DNA of 64,000 nucleotides. Source: Vulcanimicrobiota bacterium. GTDB taxonomy: Bacteria; Vulcanimicrobiota; Vulcanimicrobiia; Vulcanimicrobiales; Vulcanimicrobiaceae. The stretch's first letter is position 1. Every line of letters starts with the position of its first letter. The stretch is taken from contig CAWHWQ010000002.1 in NCBI GenBank assembly GCA_963833095.1, positions 192,001 through 256,000 on the forward strand. The letters are read 5' to 3'. Below are positions 1-8,995 of the stretch, one piece after another. The position numbers and the translations under genes were made by a program. The notes below the pieces were generated by a model, which had not been told where the DNA came from, did no database searches, and saw only the letters and a program-made list of their open reading frames with translations.

Positions 1-165
1 GAATTCGAAGTGCACATTCGCGGCGCGCTCAACAACGGCGTGACCGAGGATGAGATCGTCGAAATCATTTTGCAGGCAGGCGTGTACGCCGGTATTCCGA
101 TCGCCTCTGAAGCATTTCGCGCGGCGGATCGCGCGGTCGCTGCTTACAAAGCCGAAAAAACCTAG
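1..165 (+). CDS. Carboxymuconolactone decarboxylase (CMD/AhpD-like) family protein, 3' part
   Basis: Frame 1 reads EFEVHIRGALNNGVTEDEIVEIILQAGVYAGIP...*, a typical PcaC/CMD C-terminal motif. Truncated by the window edge. Confidence 0.8.
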   Translation, partial: EFEVHIRGALNNGVTEDEIVEIILQAGVYAGIPIASEAFRAADRAVAAYKAEKT

Positions 166-864
166 AGCGGCGCCAAGAACTGTGCGAGCAGCGGCGTCGC
201 CGGCTTCGCGCGGAGCTGAGTCCATGTCGCGTCTTGCGACGATTCGGCCATGTTCCACGACGACCGCGCGCGCGCAAAGACGCTCGAGCACGTCGGATTC
301 GTGATCGACCAGGAGCATCGTGAACCCAAGCTCGCGCTGCCATTGCGCGATCGCGCCGAGCAGTTCGCGCACCAGATGGCGATCGAGTCCGGCGAACGGC
401 TCGTCGAGCAGAACCAGATGTGGCCGGCGCGCGAGCATGCGCGCCAGCGCGACGCGTCGCGCCTGTCCACCCGAGATCGCGTGCGCGGGGGCATTCCAAA
501 TCGGTTCGAGATGCAGACGTTCGCGTAACTGCGCCACCCATTCATCGCCGCCGTCACGCGCTCCGTTGGTCAAGTCCAAAGCGCACGTTCTCGGCCACGC
601 GCAAATGTGGAAACAGATTTGCGTCCTGCGTCAAATAGCCGATTGGACGCCGATGCAAGCGGCATCGGCGGAGGAAAGAGCGTCACGTCATCGAGGGTCA
701 CGTGTCCAGCGTCGGGAAGTTCGGCGCCCGCAATGCAGGCGAGAATCGTGCTCTTTCCCGCGCCCGACGCGCCGAACAATCCACACGCTTCTCCCGCGCC
801 GACACGAACGGCGACATCGACGGTAAATTGTTCGCGGCGCTTTTGAGATCTGCGCGTCAAGCAT
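162..864 (-). CDS. modC: Molybdate/tungstate ABC transporter ATP-binding subunit (frameshifted in this sequence)
   Basis: Walker A GASGAGKS in the tail of ORF 570..1574. Signature/Walker B region (LSGGQARR...LVLLDEPF) is in another frame. ATG at 864 overlaps the permease stop. Confidence 0.8.
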
Positions 865-1574
865 GGCGCGTTTCCTGCACCTTCCGCTGCGCGAGCACGT
901 GCGCGAGCCACGGCAGCGGCAGCGCGGTCGCGAGAAAGATGACCAGCAGCGGCATCACGGCCGGCAATCCAAAGTTTTCGAGGTTGGTCCAGATCGCGAC
1001 CGGCATGCCGGCCGGATAGTACGCCGTCACCAAAATCGCGCCGAATTCGGTCAACGCGCGCACCCAAGCTAGGCTTAGCGCGACGGCGAACCCGAGGCGC
1101 GCAATCGGATACGTCACGCGCCAAAAGACGCTCCACGGATCGTGCCCGAGCAATCCGGCCTGCACTTCGAGCGATCGCGGTACCGTATCGAGTGCGGCGA
1201 CCGCGCCCAGCACGTAGTAACCGATGCTCGCGTAGACTTGCGTGACGATGAATGCCAGCGGCGTATTGGCCGAAATGCGCACCGAACGCGAGCGAAAGCA
1301 AAATCCCCAGTGCAAGCGGCGGCAGCAACACGGAGACGAGCAAGACGGCCTGCCACCATATACGCTCGCGCGGCGCGCAGCGCGCAACATACAACGCCAT
1401 GGGTGTGCCGAACGCGACAACAATGAGCATCGCAACCGCGGTGAGCCCGAGCGAGACGCGCACTGCGTCGAATGTTGCGCTGCTCTGCCAGCGCCATGGC
1501 CCGATGCGCGCGAACAATCCGGCCAGCGGATAGAGCAGCGCGAGTCCGAAGAGCAGCGCGCCGAAGCGTTTCAC
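857..1574 (-). CDS. modB: Molybdate ABC transporter permease (frameshifted near 1290)
   Basis: LLPPLALG, EAA-like loop (LEVQAGLLG) and WVRALTEFGA motifs split over two frames. Confidence 0.82.
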
Positions 1575-2485
1575 TTACAGAACAGACGCGCCAACCGGCG
1601 GATCGTAGGAATATTTGCGAAGAATCGCTTGCGCTCGGGGTCCGGAGAACCACTGCACAAAGGCTGCGGCTTTATCGGGATGCGCCGCCCCCACGATCGT
1701 CGCGGCGTAATAGACGAGCGCTTGGGGATGGTAGGTCTTGCCGTTTAGATCCAGCGTCGCGCTTTGATAGGCCGCGTGCATCGACTGATTCCCTAGGTTA
1801 ATCTCGTCGGGTAATTGGATGAACGGCAAGCCGAACGGGCCGGGTTGTATGCGATAGGCAGACGCCGCGTCGAGTTCGCCGCTCTGCAAACGCGCTTCGA
1901 CCGTCGGTTCGGCGAAGATCTGCGCGGCGTTGATCGTGTTGCCGAGGATTTTTTGCGCAAGGCCGGCTTGTTTGTAATACGCTTCGGCCAGTTGCAAGGT
2001 GAAGATATGTTGCGCCCCTGCGGATCGGTAGCGGGATCCGTGCGCCCGAAGCGTATCCCTGGCTGCTGCAGGATTACATACCACGGCATCGCGCCGGGCT
2101 TATCCGCGTCGGCAAAGGCTTTGGCGAACGCGCTCTTCGGGCTGTAGGCGATGACCATCTCGGTGCGCGCGATCGGCACGGCGTGGAGCGCCTTGCCCGC
2201 TTTGAGCACGGTCATCATCGGACCCGGTGTCACGGGCACAAAGACGTCGGCCGGAATGCTTGCGCCGACGATCAATTGCGCTAGCGCATCCGAGCCTTGG
2301 GCGCGTCCGTGCATGTCGATGCCCAGAGTCTTGGCGACGGCGTCTTTCACGGGGCCTTCCATCATCGAGCCCATCGAGCCCGCGTAGGCAACGTCGAGCG
2401 GCGTGAGCCCTTGCGCAAACGCCTTTGACGTCAAGGCCACACCGGCGAGTCCCAAACTCGTTGCGATCCACTTTCGGCGATTCAC
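1575..2485 (-). CDS. modA: Molybdate/tungstate-binding periplasmic protein (ModA/WtpA family; frameshift near 2010)
   Basis: VAYAGSM, FGRTDPATDPQG and LQSGELDAA motifs. N-terminal twin-Arg-like signal NRRKWI. Confidence 0.8.
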
Positions 2486-3420
2486 GCGATCATTTCTCCC
2501 ATTGCAGTCACGTCATAGGCGTCAAGTGCTTGCACGTCGAGCCGATACGGTTGCGAGCGCAGGGTTTCCAGCAAAACGCGAATCTCCGGCGCGCTGCTCG
2601 CGCGTCGCGAAACGACCAGCATGCAACGCTCTTCGCGCAGCGGGATGAAATCGAGCTCGTAAATGCGCGCGATGCTGGCCATTCCGACGGCGACGTCGGC
2701 AAAGCCATGCGCGATCGCGCGTCCGGCATCGAGTTGACCAGGGAGCTCGCGATCGTAACCGGCGACCGCATGCGGATCGAGTTGCGCGCGGCGAAATTGC
2801 TCGTCGATGAGTTGCCGCGCACCCGCGCCCGCCGGCCGATTCACCAGGCGCGCGCCACGTCGCGCGAGATCGGCAACGCCGCGTATGCGCAGCGGGTTGC
2901 CGCGCGCGACCAGCCAGCCTTCTTGCGTCTTGGCAAGCTCGAAACGTTCGTAATCGTCGTCGGCGGCGCGCGATCGTACCGCGCCGTGCAGCACGGCAGC
3001 ATGGACGCGGCCGCGACGCAGCTCCTCGAGCGCGGCACGGTTGGTCATCGGCAGCCACAACACGCGCAACTCGCGCTCGCGCAGCATCGCATGTCGCGCC
3101 AGCAATCCCGTCGTCACATCGCATCCGCCAATGAGCACGGCCGGTAGCGCGCTGTGCGTGGGCTCGAGCGCGAGGTACTCGCGCGCGACGTTTTCAAACG
3201 CGCGCGGCTTCGGACCGGCCGGGGCAGCGAAGAGCTCTTCGACGCTGACGCCCAGCACGCGCGCAAGGGCTAGCGCGATGCCCACGCCGGGCTGCATTCG
3301 CCCGGCTTCGATCGCGCTCACCGCCTGCCGGGTTACGCCCGCCGCTTCGGCGAGCGCGCGCTGCGAAAACCCGCGCGCCGTGCGCACGGCCTGCAAACTA
3401 CACGCAACGATCCGTGCCAT
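2482..3420 (-). CDS. XRE helix-turn-helix regulator fused to a molybdate-binding PBP-like domain
   Basis: N-terminal SQRALAEAAGVTRQAVSAIEAG HTH. C-terminal LVNRPAGAGAR...ADVAVG...LDFIPLREER PBP_like domain. Stop overlaps the modA start. Confidence 0.85.
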   Translation of the reverse strand: MARIVACSLQAVRTARGFSQRALAEAAGVTRQAVSAIEAGRMQPGVGIALALARVLGVSVEELFAAPAGPKPRAFENVAREYLALEPTHSALPAVLIGGCDVTTGLLARHAMLRERELRVLWLPMTNRAALEELRRGRVHAAVLHGAVRSRAADDDYERFELAKTQEGWLVARGNPLRIRGVADLARRGARLVNRPAGAGARQLIDEQFRRAQLDPHAVAGYDRELPGQLDAGRAIAHGFADVAVGMASIARIYELDFIPLREERCMLVVSRRASSAPEIRVLLETLRSQPYRLDVQALDAYDVTAMGEMIA

Positions 3421-3460
3421 AGGGAAAGGATCATTGCCTAGTCAGCGGTCTGCTCCTGCG

Positions 3461-4105
3461 TTAGGCAAAGATCAGGCGCTCGATGGCGCCCGCGAGCGCC
3501 TGGTGTTCGTCTTTGCGTACCTGCGCCGGGACCATCAGCGAGACGGCGACGGCAAGGGCAGGGCGATCGCGCGCGACGATCGTCGCGTAGCCATGCACGC
3601 ACAACAGCTCGAGATAACGCTCGAACATCCGGACGTGCCGCGCGCGGTGCTCGTTCGCCGCCCTATCGGCCACGCCTGATGCCCATAACGCGAGGAGCCA
3701 AGCGCGCAGACGCGCACGCTCCGCATCCACGTCGTTGGCGATCGCGTGCAATTGCGTAAGACGCGTCTCGAACCGGTCGTTCGCGCCTTTAGACCAGTCT
3801 CGTAGCAGGTCGTCGCGCGAGGCAAAGTAGCGGTAGAGCGTCGCCGGCGTCACCCCGGCCTCGGCGGCGATGTCTCGCGCGGTGATCTCGTCCCAGGCGG
3901 CGCGCCCGAGCAGGCGCCCGAGTGCCGCGGTCAGATTCGCTCGCGTCTGAGCGCCCGCGGCCCGCCGCCGGGGCGGAGACCCGCCCAGTGCCTTCCCGAG
4001 GTAACGCCATTTGTTGCGCGGCTTCCCCGTCTCCGGGTCCCGGTAGCTCTCGACCAGATAGCGGTACTCGCGCCCGCCGATCGTCTTGCGCACCTCGTAG
4101 CTCAT
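3461..4105 (-). CDS. TetR/AcrR family regulator with an unusual N-terminal extension
   Basis: ITARDIAAEAGVTPATLYRYFASRDDLL TetR HTH, preceded by a YRYLVESYRDPETGKPRNKWRYLGK segment. Confidence 0.8.
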   Translation of the reverse strand: MSYEVRKTIGGREYRYLVESYRDPETGKPRNKWRYLGKALGGSPPRRRAAGAQTRANLTAALGRLLGRAAWDEITARDIAAEAGVTPATLYRYFASRDDLLRDWSKGANDRFETRLTQLHAIANDVDAERARLRAWLLALWASGVADRAANEHRARHVRMFERYLELLCVHGYATIVARDRPALAVAVSLMVPAQVRKDEHQALAGAIERLIFA

Positions 4106-4108
4106 GTG

Positions 4109-4134
4109 GTAACGGATTTATGGCGTAACGGATT
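4109..4134. promoter_or_regulatory. 10-bp direct repeat GTAACGGATT x2, candidate operator
   Basis: Identical copies at 4109-4118 and 4125-4134 in the 50-bp divergent intergenic region between the TetR and ppk2 genes. Confidence 0.5.
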
Positions 4135-4155
4135 AATTACCTACTACAATGCGCT

Positions 4156-4992
4156 ATGCTGCTGCAGATGAGCTATCGCAAGAACTTCGTCGTCGAGCCA
4201 GGGAGCCGCGTCGACCTTGCCTCGATCGACCCCGGTTGTAAGGACGAGCACAAGAACAAGGCCGAAGCGGCCGCCGATATGCAGCGCGACATTGAGAAGC
4301 TGTTCGGCCTCCAATACTTGCTCTACGCCGGAAATGAGCGTTCGCTCTTGATCGTGCTCCAAGGCCTCGACGCTGCCGGGAAGGACGGGACGATCGGCCA
4401 CGTCTTTCGCGGGCTCAATCCGCAAGGCGCTCGCGTGCATTCGTTCAAAGAGCCCTCGCGCGAAGAGGCCGCGCACGACTTCTTATGGCGCGCCCACGTT
4501 CCCGCGCCGGAGCGCGGCGAGATCGTGATCTTCAACCGGTCGCACTACGAAGACGTGTTGATCGTACGCGTGCACGACCTCGTCCCCGAAAGCGTGTGGT
4601 CCAAACGCTACGAATTGATCAACGCGTTTGAGAAAGATCTCACGCAAGCGGGAACCACGATTCTCAAGTTTTACTTGCACATCAGCGAGAAAGAACAGCT
4701 CAAGCGCTTCGGAGACCGCCTCGATGATCCGTCGCGGCGGTGGAAGATCAGCGAGGCCGACTACACCGAGCGTTCGTACTTCGCGCAGTATCTGCGCGCG
4801 TACGAAGAGGTGTTTGCAAAGACGAGTACGCCCCACGCGCCGTGGTTCGTCATTCCTTCGGACCACAAGTGGTTTCGCAATCTCGCCGTTTCGAAAATCG
4901 TGGTCGAGACGCTCGATTCGCTCAACATGAAACTCCCGCGGACCACCGTCGATCTGGAGGACATTCGTCGCAAGTATGAGCAGGCAAAGTAG
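4156..4992 (+). CDS. ppk2: Polyphosphate kinase 2 family (class III-like polyphosphate:nucleotide phosphotransferase)
   Basis: LQGLDAAGKDG Walker A, HDFLWR, FNRSHYEDVL and WFVIPSDHKW motifs. Confidence 0.92.
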   Translation: MLLQMSYRKNFVVEPGSRVDLASIDPGCKDEHKNKAEAAADMQRDIEKLFGLQYLLYAGNERSLLIVLQGLDAAGKDGTIGHVFRGLNPQGARVHSFKEPSREEAAHDFLWRAHVPAPERGEIVIFNRSHYEDVLIVRVHDLVPESVWSKRYELINAFEKDLTQAGTTILKFYLHISEKEQLKRFGDRLDDPSRRWKISEADYTERSYFAQYLRAYEEVFAKTSTPHAPWFVIPSDHKWFRNLAVSKIVVETLDSLNMKLPRTTVDLEDIRRKYEQAK

Positions 4993-5005
4993 CGAATCAC
5001 TACTC

Positions 5006-5464
5006 ATGAGCATTAGGAAGAAGGCGATTGCTGCGCTCGCTCTCGGCGGGCTGCTCGCGGGCCTCACTCTCGGCTCGCCCGCCTGGGCAAACGGTCTAGT
5101 GCGGGTCCAGCAGAGCGACGGTTCGGTGCGCGAGTACCCGCAGACCGCGATGCGTTGGAACGGACAGACACTGTGGCTTCACAGCGCCGACGGAAAGGGT
5201 GTGCTCGAGATCACGACGGCAGCCTGCTCCGACGCGGACAACTTGGTGCGTTGCTTACCGTATGCGATCACGCTCCATCAGAGTGGCGCCAAACGACCGA
5301 TCGCAGTAGAACACGGCACGATCTACATGAACTTTTCAAGCGAAGGGCATCGCGTGCCGTACTCATCCCAACTGCTGGGCGCGCACCATTTGCTCGTCGC
5401 GATACGAACGAAACACGGCACGTACATAACCGTGCGTGGCGACGTCGACGAGGTCAAGCAATGA
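5006..5464 (+). CDS. Secreted hypothetical protein
   Basis: Signal peptide MSIRKKAIAALALGG...PAWA. Stop overlaps the next ATG (ATGA). Confidence 0.65.
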   Translation: MSIRKKAIAALALGGLLAGLTLGSPAWANGLVRVQQSDGSVREYPQTAMRWNGQTLWLHSADGKGVLEITTAACSDADNLVRCLPYAITLHQSGAKRPIAVEHGTIYMNFSSEGHRVPYSSQLLGAHHLLVAIRTKHGTYITVRGDVDEVKQ

Positions 5465-6222
5465 AGCGCTTCTTCCGAATCGGGCTTGCGCTAGCACTTC
5501 TTGCTTCGATGCCGATGATGGCGCTCGCTCAGCAACATGGCGGAGGCGGTGGCGCGCACGCCGCACCGCCGCCGCGCCCGATCGGTCCGCCGCCAGCCCC
5601 GCGCCCAGCCTACGTGCCGCAATCTCACCCGATGGCGCCGCCGCGTCCTCTACCGCAACCCGGCTTCAGCTTTCCGCACGATCCCCCCGCGCGTCCGGCC
5701 CCCGGCTATCCGGCACATCCGATCGCCCCGCCCGCCGCGCGTCCGATGCCGCCGGGCTCTCGTCCGATTGCACCACCGCCGGGACGCCCGGCGTATCGGC
5801 CACCGCAGCCGCTTCCCCCGAACTACCGCGGGCCCGTGGTGAGCAATCCGAGCCACTGGGGTCACTACGGCTGGAATCGCGGCCGCGCGTGGTATCCGGC
5901 GCCGATTTATTGGGGTGGTGGCTTCTGGGGACCGTTTGCGCTGGGTGCGCTCAGCGGCGCGCTCCTCTACGGATCGATCATCGACTATCAAGATCAAGCG
6001 ATCTATCCTTCATATGAGATTGCGCCGCTCACGCCCGGCGCGCAACTGCTCCAAAACTACAACTTAACGCAGACGCCGTGCGGTCCGCCGAATCTCGTCG
6101 TCATTTGGGGTCCCGGCGACAGCGTGATCTGCGCGTATCCGAACGACCTTGTTTCCGCCGGTAATTATCAGCTCGATCCGACCACGTTGACGTTGGTGTC
6201 GGCACCGTCGCCGCAGCAGTAG
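5461..6222 (+). CDS. Secreted proline-rich hypothetical protein
   Basis: Signal peptide MKRFFRIGLALALL, a long Pro-rich tract, a Trp/Gly-rich segment and a C-terminal two-Cys domain. Confidence 0.7.
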   Translation: MKRFFRIGLALALLASMPMMALAQQHGGGGGAHAAPPPRPIGPPPAPRPAYVPQSHPMAPPRPLPQPGFSFPHDPPARPAPGYPAHPIAPPAARPMPPGSRPIAPPPGRPAYRPPQPLPPNYRGPVVSNPSHWGHYGWNRGRAWYPAPIYWGGGFWGPFALGALSGALLYGSIIDYQDQAIYPSYEIAPLTPGAQLLQNYNLTQTPCGPPNLVVIWGPGDSVICAYPNDLVSAGNYQLDPTTLTLVSAPSPQQ

Positions 6223-6300
6223 CTGGTAAAGATGCGCAATAACGCTCATTAAGGGAGGCGTTAACGGCGCAGCGAAGCCCCGTACGCGGAGGTATTCGCT

Positions 6301-7290
6301 ATGGAAGTTTCACGCAAAGGTTTTCTCGCCGGGTCCGCCGCTGTCGTTGCGGCCGGAACGGCGTCCTCGCTCACCCCTGCCGGGGCGGCGCCCGCATCGG
6401 TCACGGGTATGACCTTTACCACGCTGCGCGACGGTAACGTCGATCATTTGGGCATTCGCACCCCGCATGGCATCGTTGACGTCTCTCGCGCGGCCAAAGC
6501 GATGGGTATTTCTAACGCGCCGCGCACCGTCGAAGACGTGGTCTGCGGACGCGGCAACGTCGCCGCACTGCACCGCATCGCGGCCCAAGCACCTGCCGGC
6601 TCGATTCGCAGCGAATCCTCGGTTCAATACGGCCCGCTTGTGTCCACGCCGGAAAAGATCTTGTGCGTCGGTTTGAACTACCGCGCGCACTTGGCCGAAA
6701 CCAACATGAAACCGCAGCCGTATCCCGACCTCTTCAATAAGTACAACACTTCGTTGAACCGCCACAAGGGAACGGTCGCAGTGTCATCGCTGCCGCTCGT
6801 GCAATTCGACTACGAATCCGAACTCGTCATCTTCATGGGCAAAGAAGCGCGCAACGTTTCCGAGGCGGATGCGCTTTCCTATGTGTTCGGCTACGCGTGT
6901 GGCAACGATTTCAGCGCGCGCGACGCGCAACTGCGCGTGTCGCAATGGATGACGGGCAAGACGCCCGATCAGTTCGCGCCGCTGGGACCGTGGCTGGTGA
7001 CCGCCGATCAAGTCGGCGACCCGCAGACGTTGCAAATCCAAACGTTCGTCAACGACGAGACGACGCCGCGTCAGGATATGAATACGTCGGAGATGATCTT
7101 TTCGTGCGCGAAAATCATCAGCTACATGTCCGAGTTCATCACCCTGCGTCCGGGCGACATCGTCTTCTCGGGGACGCCGAGCGGTGTGATCCTCGGTTAC
7201 CCCAAGGACAAACAGGTCTGGCTCAAGGCGGGCGATCGCGTTACGACCAAAATTTCAAAGCTGGGCGAGCTGAACTTTACCCTCGTCTAA
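6301..7290 (+). CDS. Fumarylacetoacetate hydrolase (FAH) family protein with a Tat-like leader
   Basis: KILCVGLNY, FDYESEL, NDFSARD and PGDIVFSGTP motifs. RBS GGAGG upstream. N-terminal SRKGFL plus a hydrophobic stretch. Confidence 0.9.
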   Translation: MEVSRKGFLAGSAAVVAAGTASSLTPAGAAPASVTGMTFTTLRDGNVDHLGIRTPHGIVDVSRAAKAMGISNAPRTVEDVVCGRGNVAALHRIAAQAPAGSIRSESSVQYGPLVSTPEKILCVGLNYRAHLAETNMKPQPYPDLFNKYNTSLNRHKGTVAVSSLPLVQFDYESELVIFMGKEARNVSEADALSYVFGYACGNDFSARDAQLRVSQWMTGKTPDQFAPLGPWLVTADQVGDPQTLQIQTFVNDETTPRQDMNTSEMIFSCAKIISYMSEFITLRPGDIVFSGTPSGVILGYPKDKQVWLKAGDRVTTKISKLGELNFTLV

Positions 7291-7349
7291 TGTAAGCCTG
7301 GTACGCCGATGAGAGGCCGGGGCTTGCCCCCGGAGAACATGGCAGAGCG

Positions 7350-7823
7350 ATGAAAGCGCTGCTCGGGATGCTCGGCCTCTTGAGCCTGCTCTACGGATGT
7401 GGTGGCGGGGGCTACCTTCCCTACGCGCCGCGTTCACTCGACTCGCTGCAAATCAGTTCGCTGGTAAGCGAAGCCTCCTTCACGAGCGGCGTCCCGCCGG
7501 GTCTCGTCCGCGCGGTGATGATGGCCGAGTCTGCGGGCGACCCCTCGGCGATTAGCGTAGCCGGCGCGCAAGGGCTCATGCAGCTCATGCCGGGCACCGC
7601 TGCCGGCTGCGGCGTTTCCGACGCGTTCGACCCGAATCAAAACGTCCGTTGCGGCGCCGGCTATCTCAAGCAGTTGCTCGACCGCTATCATGGCAACGCG
7701 ACATTGGCCGTCGCGGCCTATAACGCGGGACCGGGCACGGTCGACCGCTACCACGGCGTTCCGCCCTATCCGGAAACGCGGGCGTATGTCGCTCGCGTGA
7801 TTTCGGCCTACCGGAGCTTCTAG
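7350..7823 (+). CDS. Lytic transglycosylase (SLT domain) lipoprotein
   Basis: MAES, GAQGLMQLMP, AAYNAGPG and ETRAYV motifs. Lipobox LYGC. Confidence 0.9.
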   Translation: MKALLGMLGLLSLLYGCGGGGYLPYAPRSLDSLQISSLVSEASFTSGVPPGLVRAVMMAESAGDPSAISVAGAQGLMQLMPGTAAGCGVSDAFDPNQNVRCGAGYLKQLLDRYHGNATLAVAAYNAGPGTVDRYHGVPPYPETRAYVARVISAYRSF

Positions 7824-7836
7824 CTCCGGATCATTC

Positions 7837-8991
7837 ATGGCGACGCTGACCGAACGCCGGCCGCACCCCGCAATCGATTTCGCGGCATGGCGCGTGCCGA
7901 TACTGGACCGTTACTTGCTGCGCGAAATGGCGGGCCCATTTCTCTTTGCGTTCTTCGCGTACCTGATCTTCTGGGCGCTCAACATCTTCTTCGTAGCGGC
8001 AGATTACATCATCAATCAGCACGCGCCGTTCTTTTTAGTGTTCCGCTTTGTGCTCTTCCGCGTGCCGCAAGCGATCCCGATGGCGTTCCCGTTTGCGTCG
8101 CTGTTCGCCGGCCTCCTCGCGATGGGACGGGTCATGGGCGACAACGAGGTCACGGCGATGCGTACGTCCGGCATTCCGGTCTGGCGCATCGCGCTAACGC
8201 CGCTGCTATTCGGCTTCGCGATGTTTCTGCTGGCGTACGCCATGAACGAATACGTCGCCCCCGCATCGGTCGATATTTCTACGCGTACGTTCTACCAAAT
8301 CATCTATCACACCGACTCCCTACCGGTCGAGCCACAGTTCTTCCGCAAAGATCCTGACAACGGCAATGTGTTCTATGTGAATCAAGTACTGCCCGACAAT
8401 AAGACGATGCAGGGCGTGCAGGTCTTTAAACTCGGGCGCTACGGAATTTTCGTGGAAACGCTGCAAGCCAAAACGGCGAGCGTCGAGAATACGCAACTCG
8501 CGCTGCATGACGTCATTGATACGCGGTATAACACCGACGGTCTCATGACCAGTCAACAGCACGTCAAGGACATTTTGATCGGGCTTCCGCTCGCCGAAAC
8601 CGCGGCGCAATTCATGAGCACGCAGAACTCCGATCCCTGGGCCATGTCGAGCAAGAATCTTTCGGCGCAGGTCAAGGCGCTCCAAGCGCAAGGCATCGGC
8701 GGCTCGGCACTAGGAAGCCTCGAGGTCAATCTCGCCAACAAGCTGGCGTGGCCGTTCGCGTCGTTCATCGGGGTCGTGCTCGCAATTCCGCTCGCGATGC
8801 GTTTCGGCAAACGTGGACGAACGCTCGGCGTCGCAATGGCGATCCTCGCGTTCTTCGTGTATTTCTTGATGACGTCGGCGGCGGCCGCGCTGGGCCGCAA
8901 CGGAAAGATCGATCCGGTCTTCGCCGCTTGGCTGCCCAATATCATCATGGGCGTTACCGGCATCGCTTTGCTCTGGTTAGAAGAACACTGA
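7837..8991 (+). CDS. LptF/LptG family LPS export permease
   Basis: LDRYLLRE, NEVTAMRTSGIP and AAWLPNII motifs. 3+3 TM layout with a periplasmic domain. Confidence 0.9.
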   Translation: MATLTERRPHPAIDFAAWRVPILDRYLLREMAGPFLFAFFAYLIFWALNIFFVAADYIINQHAPFFLVFRFVLFRVPQAIPMAFPFASLFAGLLAMGRVMGDNEVTAMRTSGIPVWRIALTPLLFGFAMFLLAYAMNEYVAPASVDISTRTFYQIIYHTDSLPVEPQFFRKDPDNGNVFYVNQVLPDNKTMQGVQVFKLGRYGIFVETLQAKTASVENTQLALHDVIDTRYNTDGLMTSQQHVKDILIGLPLAETAAQFMSTQNSDPWAMSSKNLSAQVKALQAQGIGGSALGSLEVNLANKLAWPFASFIGVVLAIPLAMRFGKRGRTLGVAMAILAFFVYFLMTSAAAALGRNGKIDPVFAAWLPNIIMGVTGIALLWLEEH

Positions 8992-8995
8992 CGGC

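Noticed and set aside
570..1574. Apparent ModB-ModC fusion ORF
   Set aside because: Product of frameshifts. A separate stop (857) and start (864) are visible.
3990..4105. IS1634-like element at the TetR N-terminus
   Set aside because: No DDE domain, terminal inverted repeats or target duplication. Kept only as a domain-fusion finding.
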